In this document: positions 49,469-59,020 of the stretch, one piece after another
Numbering within the stretch: position 1 is the stretch's first letter
Layout: each line of letters begins with the position of its first letter
Origin: Gemmatimonadaceae bacterium
GTDB lineage: Bacteria > Gemmatimonadota > Gemmatimonadetes > Gemmatimonadales > Gemmatimonadaceae
Assembly: GCA_040901985.1 (NCBI GenBank)
Contig: JBBDYC010000005.1
Coordinates: forward strand, 69,592 to 133,591
Length of the DNA stretch: 64,000 nt
Reading direction: 5' to 3'
Translations under genes and position numbers: made by a program
Notes under the pieces: model-generated
What the model was told of the DNA's origin: nothing
The model's input: the letters and a program-made list of their open reading frames with translations, nothing else
The model's database searches: none

Positions 49469-49921
49469 TTACTTCACCTCGGCCTGCGGGAAGGTGAGCC
49501 GCTCGGGCTGCTGCGCGGCGTGCGGATGCCGGGCGTCGGGGTAGACGCGGAGCTTGAGCCGCAGCTTTTGCCGGCCGAGCGCGGTCTTGGGCAGCATCCC
49601 GAAGACGGCCTTCTCGATCACCCGCTCCGGATGCTTGGCGAGCATCGAGGCGAGCGGCGTGAAGCGCTCGTGGCCCATATAGCCGGTGTGGTGGTAGTAG
49701 TTCTTCTGTTCGAGCTTCCGGCCAGTGACGCGGACCTTCGACGCGTTGATCACGATGACAAAGTCCCCGGTGTCCATATGGGGAGTGAACATCGGCTTGT
49801 GCTTGCCGCGGATGATCCGGGCGACCTCGGTCGCAAGGCGACCAAGCACCATCCCCTCGGCGTCCACAACGAACCACTTGGATTCGATGTCGCTCGGGGT
49901 GGCGGAGAACGTGCTGCGCAT
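49469..49921 (-). CDS. rplM: 50S ribosomal protein L13
   Basis: W.VVDA...LGRLA, GKHKP.FTPH.D.GD.VIVINA, GMLPK. Start ATG 49921. Confidence 0.98.
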   Translation of the reverse strand: MRSTFSATPSDIESKWFVVDAEGMVLGRLATEVARIIRGKHKPMFTPHMDTGDFVIVINASKVRVTGRKLEQKNYYHHTGYMGHERFTPLASMLAKHPERVIEKAVFGMLPKTALGRQKLRLKLRVYPDARHPHAAQQPERLTFPQAEVK

Positions 49922-50020
49922 TGTGGACCAGACCAGATGTAACGAGAGGGACTTCGCCTCACCGGTGCGGGATGCAACCCGGGTCTTGGCCGCCACTTAG
50001 GCGTTTTTGGACAGACACGA

Positions 50021-50049
50021 AGGATAGACGGGGCAAGGAGGAGAGTCAA
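50021..50049 (-). promoter_or_regulatory. Putative rplM-rpsI promoter
   Basis: Minus strand TTGACT-N17-TATCCT, followed by a roughly 90-nt leader. Confidence 0.65.
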
Positions 50050-50317
50050 CCCGCGCAAGTCCAACCCTATCATGGGGCTACCGCTTATTCGAGCTCCACC
50101 AATACCGCCCCCTCCCTGCCGCCACGGGCCGCGAATCTCGCACCGCCGTCGTCGAGTGCCCATTTCCAGCCATTGTACGCGAAAAAAAAAACGAACTTGA
50201 CATCTAGGATCGCTAAACACGTTCATTACGTGCCCTCCACTACGGTATTGCGCCCACTAAGTATTGACAAGTCGTGCGCGACCCCCCCACCCTGTCTGCA
50301 TACCAGACAACGAGGCG

Positions 50318-52171
50318 ATGATGCACGGAATACGAGCGCGTGGCACCGGCAGGACTCTCACTAGCGCAGCCGTAGCGCTACTCATCATTGGGGGGGGGGG
50401 GCGGCGGGTGCGCGGATGAACTCGGCGTCGGTCCGGGAGCGCCTGCGCAGTTAAGTGAAGGGTACACCCGCATCACCGGAGTCAATGCAGCGATTCCCGC
50501 GCTCCGCACCATGCGTGATACCCTGCCCGCGCGAACAATCGAGTTGGACCCCGACCGTTCGGCGGAGCCGGATGTCGAGGCGCTCATTGGCCGAGTGGCG
50601 GCGAACGACGGCCGCGTTCTCATCGGCATCAAGCCGGCCGGCGCGGAACGATCGCGGACCACGGGGGTTGTCTCTGCCCTGGGCAGGCCGCAGATGCAGG
50701 CGGCGCTAACGCAGCTTCGCGCCCTCGAAGTAGATGTCACTCACACGTATCGCAACTTCACGTTCATTGGTGCGCGGGTGTTGCCTAGTCAGGTCGAGAG
50801 CATACTCGCGCTCCCGTTCGTCGATTACGTCGAGGCAAGTGAGCCGATGCGGCCACTCTCAATGGTTCAGCGTCAGCCCCGCCGGCGCCGGACCCGGTGC
50901 AGGACACCTCCTGGGGAGTGTTCAAAATCCGGGCGCACGAGGTGTGGGCTGGAACGTACGGGCCGGCCTCGCGCGGCCAGTACTCGAGCGTCACAATCAT
51001 CGACTCCGGCCTTGACTCGCTGCATCGCTGGTCGGGTGCGGGCGACGGACCTGACGCCAGCTACGTGGACTGTTTATACATCGCGGGCGTAGCCTCCTCG
51101 TGCTACGACCAAATGTTGGACCCGGTCTATCGCGGACACGGCGCGCACATGGCGGGCACCATCGCCGGCACGGACAACTCCGTCGGGCAGATCGGCATCG
51201 CAAACTCTCCAAACTTGTTGGCGAGCATCAACGTTTGCGGAACGAGTCCGGAGTGTGGGCTCTCGAACGTTTCGACTGCGCTCGACTGGGCGATTGACGA
51301 AACCGTAGCCGGCTTTCGGCCACGACATATCGTCAACATGAGCATTGGCCACTGCACCGGCGGTTCGGCGATCTCTACCGCAGTGACCGCTGCTTGGAAC
51401 GCAGGGATTCTTCTTGTCGCGGCCGCCGGCAACACGACGGACGATGGCCCTGGCTGCAGCCCAACAACGCTTCGATTCCCCGCGAGCTACTCGCCCGTCA
51501 TCGCGGTCGGCGGTACCCTGGAAAACGACCACTTCGCTACGCCAGGAGCGAGTGAATCCTGTAACGCCGTCGGACAGACTGGCGGCTCAGTCTCAAACGC
51601 AGGCAATGACTTGGTCGCTCCCTTTTCGGCGAGTAGTATGTGGGCAAATGGACAATACAGTTTCCAGTGTGGCACCTCTATTTCCACCTCCGTCGTCAGC
51701 GGCGTGGCTGCGTTGCTGTGGACGCGCAACCCATCATGGTCGAATGCGCAGATTCGCAATCGCTTGGAATCCACGGCGCAGTACGTCGGCTCCGCAGCTC
51801 ATTTTGGCCACGGTCGTGTCGACCCGCTCAACGCACTCTACAGCTACACGATCCTGTCTGCGGGAATCATCGGTCCCCAGGTGGTAGTCGATTCGGGAAA
51901 CACGGTGTGGAACGCGTACGTGACCGGGGGACCGAGTTCGTACTCCTACGCCTGGGGATTCTCGACGACCCAAGGAGGCCCGTTCACGAGTATCGGTACG
52001 AGTTCGTCTGTTGCACTCAACATCGACCCGAGCACCCCGTACGAGTTTTGGCTACAACTTCTCGTCACATCGGGGCCTGAGGTAAGCGGCGACGAAATAG
52101 GCGTGTTCAACGAGACGGGCAACCCCTGCGCGCCGTACGTTTGTGCTAGGGTGCCGGGAGGCGGCCGGTGA
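50318..52171 (+). pseudogene. Secreted S8 (subtilisin-like) serine protease gene interrupted by two frameshifts (pseudogene, phase-off allele or sequencing error)
   Basis: Signal peptide from ATG 50318 runs into a G12 tract (50390-50401). The propeptide is in the 50388 frame. The catalytic domain is in the 50897 frame with Asp (IIDSG, 51002), His (GHGAH, 51137), Asn (AAGN, 51431) and Ser (GTSIS, 51677), then a beta-rich C-terminal domain. Confidence 0.85.
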
Positions 52172-52908
52172 TTGTCCAACAGATCGGTGTGCTCGCCGCC
52201 TCACTCTCACTGCTCACGGCGTGCGGCGACGCACCAACCTACGGAATGGGAGGCCCGCAAGAGATCGCGTATCTCCGGCTTGATGGTTCCGGTCCACCCA
52301 TACATCCGGGCGGAGCCCTGTCTGTGGACGCGGCACTTGCCGATACATATTTTGTTCTCTCTCCAAGCGCCGATCTTCCCTTTTTTATTTCGACTTCACG
52401 CGGCGACCTCGAGCGGTCTTCTCTTGCTTCCCTGATGTGCCCAGTGCGGCTCGAGGGCGGCTACCAGCACCACTGCCGAATGATCGTCATTACGATGGAG
52501 TCCGGTCAGGACGTGCGCTCAATCGAGCCACGACTTCGCGCGTGGGGTGGACGATTCCGCCTGGTCGCGCCAAGACTGCAGTTCGCGAGCGCGATCGTGG
52601 TGCGCCACGCAGGACTTCCACAACGGCTAAGGGAAATAGAAGACTGGCCAGGCGTGAGGTCCGCGTACTTTGAAGGTCGCCCAGGTTTTATCATTGGCCA
52701 ACCCCAACGGCCACTGCGCTCGCTGCTCCACGCCACACTCCCGATAGAACCCGGCACAGTGCGGGTCGGCGACGGAGCCGTCCAGGCGGAGCCCGGCGAT
52801 ACCATCCATCTCAGCTACCGTCAGCCATCCGGGGCGATGCTCTCGTCGTCGGCGATCGTGCAGCCTCCGCCGACTGATCAATGTTGGTTCTTCCCGCCGC
52901 CGTGCTAA
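52168..52908 (+). CDS. Hypothetical lipoprotein with a subtilase-propeptide (I9)-like segment
   Basis: Lipobox LTAC; GTGA overlap with the protease stop; 52480-52677 resembles the neighbouring protease propeptide. Confidence 0.7.
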   Translation: MIVQQIGVLAASLSLLTACGDAPTYGMGGPQEIAYLRLDGSGPPIHPGGALSVDAALADTYFVLSPSADLPFFISTSRGDLERSSLASLMCPVRLEGGYQHHCRMIVITMESGQDVRSIEPRLRAWGGRFRLVAPRLQFASAIVVRHAGLPQRLREIEDWPGVRSAYFEGRPGFIIGQPQRPLRSLLHATLPIEPGTVRVGDGAVQAEPGDTIHLSYRQPSGAMLSSSAIVQPPPTDQCWFFPPPC

Positions 52909-53603
52909 GTCGCCGGTGTGCCGCGCTGATGACGGCCGGCGCGATAGTGCTCCCGAGCGGACTCGCCAACGCACAAGCGTGCAGCGGAGTGCCCACGCCC
53001 AGCGCCGCGCGACTCGTCACCGGACTCCAGGTCGACGGCCACGCGCACGGCTCGTCTCGGTTCGCACTCGCTGGCCTGCGGCCGTGGCGAGGGCAGAACG
53101 CCTGGGTCACGGTCGGTGCGGGTCGAACCTCAGACCCACAGCTTCTGCTTCGTAGCCTCTCGATTCAGATTCGCGGCGAGTGGGTTGTTCGCCTCCCCTT
53201 CGAGACGTTCGTCTGCCCCGTGGCGACTGTGTCGGGGGCGACGGCCGACGACGAGCTCACGGACTCCGGCGTTACGGCCACTTGGCGGGATGCAGATTGG
53301 GGATTCTCGTTAGGCCGCGCGTGGCGCTTAAACGACCAGCGCGCCGTGATCCTCGCGCTCCGCGGGCGAACGGGACGCACGCGTGCGCGGCGGACGTCCC
53401 CGTACTCCCACACCCTCGAGGACGGCTGGCCCTACCAGATGTTAGAGGCTGTCGTCGGAATCGGGTTCGACGAACGATTCATCGTGCGGCCGGGCGTGAC
53501 ATATTTCCGGTTTCTTATCTCGGATCCGCTTTCTCCCGTGCAACCGCTCGCGCGCGCCGATGGTGAACTCGGCGTCGGATTGTTCATGGGATTCGCCTTC
53601 TAG
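52881..53603 (+). CDS. Hypothetical exported protein, probable outer-membrane beta-barrel
   Basis: Signal peptide ending ANA|Q, alternating amphipathic strands, C-terminal GVGLFMGFAF with terminal Phe. Start uncertain (52881 or 52929). Confidence 0.6.
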   Translation: MLVLPAAVLSRRCAALMTAGAIVLPSGLANAQACSGVPTPSAARLVTGLQVDGHAHGSSRFALAGLRPWRGQNAWVTVGAGRTSDPQLLLRSLSIQIRGEWVVRLPFETFVCPVATVSGATADDELTDSGVTATWRDADWGFSLGRAWRLNDQRAVILALRGRTGRTRARRTSPYSHTLEDGWPYQMLEAVVGIGFDERFIVRPGVTYFRFLISDPLSPVQPLARADGELGVGLFMGFAF

Positions 53604-53608
53604 CTAAA

Positions 53609-53640
53609 GAGTGGGTGGAAGCCTTGGCTCCCACCCACTC
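53609..53640. terminator. Stem-loop closing the island operon
   Basis: GAGTGGGTGG-A-AGCC-TT-GGCT-C-CCACCCACTC, 5 nt after the stop; no strong U-tract. Confidence 0.6.
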
Positions 53641-53759
53641 CGCTGATCTAACTCACACGGCTGAGGAGCTGCCGGTCAGCCTGGTTCTTGTCGTTCTGCT
53701 CGCGGCGCGTCCGATGCGATCGCCCGACACATCCCGGGGTCGCGCTAGGCGTGTAATGC

Positions 53760-54260
53760 CTATTGCAGCTCCACCAGCACGGCCCCCTTCTCGACCGCGA
53801 CCCCGGGGGTCGCCGCGATCGCCCGGACGGTCCCCGGCGATGGGGCCCGGAGCTCGTTCTCCATCTTCATCGCCTCCATCACGACCACCGCCTGCCCCGC
53901 GTCCACGCGGTCCCCGACCGCGACGTGGACCTTGACGATCAACCCCGGCATCGGTGCGACAATCGGCGCCGGTCCGGCCGCGGCGGCCGTGGCGAGACCA
54001 AGGTCCCGGATGGCCCGGGTCCGCTCGTCCAACGCCTCGACGTCAAACCGCCAGCCGTCCAACCACAGGATGTAGCGGCCCTTGGGTCCGTTGCGGCGCG
54101 CCACGACACGGTGCTGTACGCCACCGATCGTGATCAGCCGGACCGGCGTGCCGGCGACCTCGGCGAGATGCACCGCCGAGGTCGAGCCGCCGACGGTGGC
54201 GCTCGCCCCATCGAGGTCCACGGCCACGCGCGCACCGGCGATGTCCACGAGGTACTTCAC
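53760..54260 (-). CDS. Biotin carboxyl carrier subunit of acyl-CoA carboxylase
   Basis: APMPG, EAMKMENEL biotinylation motif. Confidence 0.93.
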   Translation of the reverse strand: MKYLVDIAGARVAVDLDGASATVGGSTSAVHLAEVAGTPVRLITIGGVQHRVVARRNGPKGRYILWLDGWRFDVEALDERTRAIRDLGLATAAAAGPAPIVAPMPGLIVKVHVAVGDRVDAGQAVVVMEAMKMENELRAPSPGTVRAIAATPGVAVEKGAVLVELQ

Positions 54261-55480
54261 GCGGCCTCCGGCCGCAGTTCGCAGACCGTCTCCACGTGCG
54301 AGGTCTGCGGGAACAGGTCATAGCAGGCGAGGGCGTGGACGCGCCACCCGGCGAGGCGGGCGACGTCGCGCGCCAGCGTCGCCGGGTCGCAACTGACGTA
54401 GACAATCGCCTTGGCCGCGGCGGCACCCGGGCCGAGCGCGGCGGTGACCTTGGCATCCACGCCAGAGCGGGGCGGGTTCAGGATCACGACATCCGTCGGC
54501 AGGACACGCGCAATCACGTCCTCCACCCGCGCGGCAATCGCCCGCGACCCCGCGGGGAGCCGCGAGGCGGCCCAGGCCGTCGCCTCCTCGTCGGCCTCGA
54601 TCGCGACGACGTTCACGCCGTTCGCCGCGAGCGCCGCCGCCGTGTCCCCCGCCCCGCTGTACGCATCCACGACCGTGCGCGGCCCGCAGGCCATCACCCG
54701 CGCCACCACGTCGGCCTGCAGCATCGCCGCGACCTCGGCGTTGACCTGCACGAACGATGCGCCGGGCGCCGACGCCGGCCGGCGATCGGCAATCAGTCGG
54801 CGATGGCGCCCGTCGGCGTGCCACCAGACGGCGGCGAGTGCCGGCACCGCGTCGAGGAACTGCGCGACCTCCGGCCACGCGCGGCCACCCTCGAGCGTGA
54901 AGTACGAGAGACCATCCACCTCGCGCACCGTCCCGCGCAGGCGGGGCTCGGCCGGCAGGTACGCGCCCGCGGAGAGGATCGTGCGCCAGGTGGCGAGCAC
55001 GGCGGGAACGGTGATCTCGCAGTCGTCCAGCTTGAACACGGCCTCGGGATCGTCGAAGGCGCGCAGGCCGGCGAACACCGCCCCGCCCGCCGGCCGGCGA
55101 ATCGCGAGGGTGAGCGAGCGCCGATAGCGCCACTCGGCGCCGCCGTGGATCGGCGGCAGTTCCACCGTCCGCTTGGCGATCCGCGCAAAGGCGTCGCGGA
55201 CGATCAAACGCTTGGCCTCGCGCTGCGCACCTATCGCGACCTGCTGCCACTGGCAACCGCCGCAGCGATCGGGCGCGGCGTAGTGCGCGCACCTGGGGGT
55301 GACCCGCGCTGGCCCGGCCGACTCGACGCGCCGCAGCCGCCCGCGGCCGACACGGCCTTGGACGGTGATATCCACGCTGACGCGGTCGCCCGGCGCGGTC
55401 CGCGGCGTGAAGACGACGAGTCCCTCGGAGCGGCCGACGCCGTCGCCGCCTGCCGAGAGCGAATCAATCGCAAGGGTCAC
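54257..55480 (-). CDS. TRAM-domain RNA m5U methyltransferase (RlmD/TrmA family)
   Basis: N-terminal TRAM (G.GVGR..G..VF....PGD), C......CGGC Fe-S motif, SFVQVN, DAYSG.G, NPPR.G, YVSC.PATLARD, DLFPQT.HVE. Start uncertain. Confidence 0.9.
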   Translation of the reverse strand: MTLAIDSLSAGGDGVGRSEGLVVFTPRTAPGDRVSVDITVQGRVGRGRLRRVESAGPARVTPRCAHYAAPDRCGGCQWQQVAIGAQREAKRLIVRDAFARIAKRTVELPPIHGGAEWRYRRSLTLAIRRPAGGAVFAGLRAFDDPEAVFKLDDCEITVPAVLATWRTILSAGAYLPAEPRLRGTVREVDGLSYFTLEGGRAWPEVAQFLDAVPALAAVWWHADGRHRRLIADRRPASAPGASFVQVNAEVAAMLQADVVARVMACGPRTVVDAYSGAGDTAAALAANGVNVVAIEADEEATAWAASRLPAGSRAIAARVEDVIARVLPTDVVILNPPRSGVDAKVTAALGPGAAAAKAIVYVSCDPATLARDVARLAGWRVHALACYDLFPQTSHVETVCELRPEAA

Positions 55481-55505
55481 GGCGGTGGCCGCCGTCGCGG
55501 GGGAG

Positions 55506-57040
55506 TCATTCGCGCAGCCCGTCGCGGCGCGCGAGAGCGGCCCAGCCGCTCGCCGACGGGGCTTCCACGCGCACGGGCGGCTGTCCGCGCCGGTCCCGGT
55601 CCGCAATCAGCGCGGCCGCGATCGCCGCGGCCTCGAGCGTCGCCGCCGGGGCCTGGCGCGAGAGCAACGTCGGCAGCCGCGCCTCGAGCCACTGGACGTC
55701 CACCGCGCCCCGGCGATACTCGTCGTCCGCCATCACCCGCAGGTGAAACTCGCGCGACGTCTCGACGCCGTCTATCACGAGTTCCCGCAGCGCGCGCTCC
55801 ATCCGGGCGATCGCCAACGCCCTCGTCCGCGCAAAGACAATCAGCTTGGCGAGCAGCGGGTCGTACGAGAGCCCGACCACGCTTCCCGTCTCGATCCCGC
55901 CGTCCCAGCGCACCCCAGGCCCGCTCGGGATGTGCAGATACTCGATGCGCCCGGTGGACGGGAGAAAACCGTTCGCCGGGTCCTCGCTCGTGATGCGGCA
56001 CTCGATCGCCCAGCCGTGCGGTTCCGGAGCGGTCGTGAACGGCAGCGCCTCGCCCCCGGCAATGCGCAACTGCCACTGCACAAGGTCGAGCCCCATCACC
56101 AGTTCGGTGACGGGATGCTCCACCTGGATGCGCGTGTTCATCTCGAGAAAGTAGAAGTCGCCGTTCCGGTCGAGCAGGAACTCGCAGGTGCCGGCGTTCA
56201 CGTAGCCGGCCGCCTTTGCCGCCGCGACCGCGGCATCCCCCATCCGCTTCCGCAGGTCCGGCGTCACTGCCGTGCTTGGCGCCTCCTCGATCATCTTCTG
56301 GTGGCGGCGCTGGATCGAGCATTCGCGCTCGCCGAGGGCGATGCAGTGGCCGTGCGTGTCGGCAAGGATCTGGACCTCGACGTGGCGGGGACCCTCGAGG
56401 TACTTCTCGACGTAGATGGCGTCGTCGCCGAATGCGTTCTTGGCCTCGCGCTGGGCCGCGCCGAGGGCGGCGGCAATCTCCGACTCCTCGCGGACGATCC
56501 GCATCCCCTTCCCGCCGCCACCGGCCGCCGCCTTGAGCAGCACCGGGTAGCCAAACTTCTTTGCAACCCGTGCCGCGTCCTTGGCATCGCGGAGCCGTGT
56601 TGTCGTCCCTGGCACGACCGGCGTTCCCGCCTTCGCCGCCAGCGTCCGCGCCGCGGTCTTCGACCCCACCGCCGCGATGGCCTCGGCGCCCGGCCCGACC
56701 CACGTCAGTCCGGCGTCCCGAACCGCGCGGGCAAACCACTCGCGTTCGGAGAGAAAGCCATAGCCGGGGTGGATGGCGTCGGCACCGACGGCCTTGGCGA
56801 CGGCAATGAGATGCTCGCCACGCAGATAGCTCTCGCTCGCCGGTGCCGGTCCGATCGCCACCGCCTCGTCCGCCTCGCGCACGTGTGGCGCCTGGGCGTC
56901 CGCCTCGGAGTAGACCGCCACCGAGCGAATGCCGAGCTCCTGACACGCCCGCACAATCCGCAGCGCGATCTCACCGCGGTTGGCGATCAGGACCTTCGTG
57001 AGCGGGCGCGCGACCGGCTTGCCCTTCGCCTTCGCCGCAC

Positions 57041-57044
<4 letters not shown>
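55506..57044 (-). CDS. accC: Biotin carboxylase subunit of acyl-CoA (probably propionyl-CoA) carboxylase
   Basis: [55 protein letters not shown]. Confidence 0.93.
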
Positions 57045-58591
<1,547 letters not shown>

Positions 58592-58650
58592 GGCGGGAAA
58601 GCTAGCCGCCGCCAAGGGGCGCGGACAGCGCGTGCGCGGGCGGGCCGGCG

Positions 58651-58713
58651 CTAGAGGTCGTACGTCCAGACGAGGATGACGCCCCAACCGTCGAAGTCGG
58701 CGTAGACCGCGGG
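58651..58713 (-). pseudogene. Remnant: last 20 codons plus stop of a paralog of the 59021-61873 gene
   Basis: 54/63 nt identical to 59021-59083; encodes [20 protein letters not shown] versus PAGYIDFDGCGVILIWTYDL*. No start codon before an in-frame stop at 58747-58749. Confidence 0.85.
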
Positions 58714-58821
58714 TGGTCTGGCGGGCGCCCGATTCCCGCAGTTTGTTTAGGCGGCCCAGCACTAGCCCACGTTTTGCCAATGCGCGCTGTCAAGAAATCT
58801 CTCTCACATCGGAGCCCAAAG

Positions 58822-58986
58822 ATGACTGCACTGAGACTAAGCAAGAACCTCGGAATGATGCTGTTGGGTATATGGCTCATTCTGAGTGGGGTGATACCGC
58901 TGCTCAGCCTGAACTTCTCCGGGCTAGGCACTCTGATGGCCATTCTCGCCATTGCCGCTGGAGCTTTGATTCTCGCCGGCAAGTAG
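58822..58986 (+). CDS. Small (54 aa) two-helix membrane protein
   Basis: GGAG RBS upstream; MTALRLSKNLGMMLLGIWLILSGVIPLLSLNFSGLGTLMAILAIAAGALILAGK has two hydrophobic segments. Confidence 0.75.
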   Translation: MTALRLSKNLGMMLLGIWLILSGVIPLLSLNFSGLGTLMAILAIAAGALILAGK

Positions 58987-58990
58987 GCCC

Positions 58991-59020
58991 GGACGCGCGG
59001 ACGGAGGCGCCGCTGTGGCG
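58991..59020 (+). repeat. Truncated copy of the 61921-61966 hairpin element
   Basis: 27/30 identical to 61921-61950. Confidence 0.85.

Noticed and set aside
50843..50896. Programmed -1 ribosomal frameshift in the subtilase
   Set aside because: No X-XXY-YYZ slippery heptamer is visible in the interval; a single-base indel is simpler.
53645..53750. attC site at the island right end (ATCTAAC...GCTAGGC)
   Set aside because: The ends are only loosely complementary and no L-box pairing was found.
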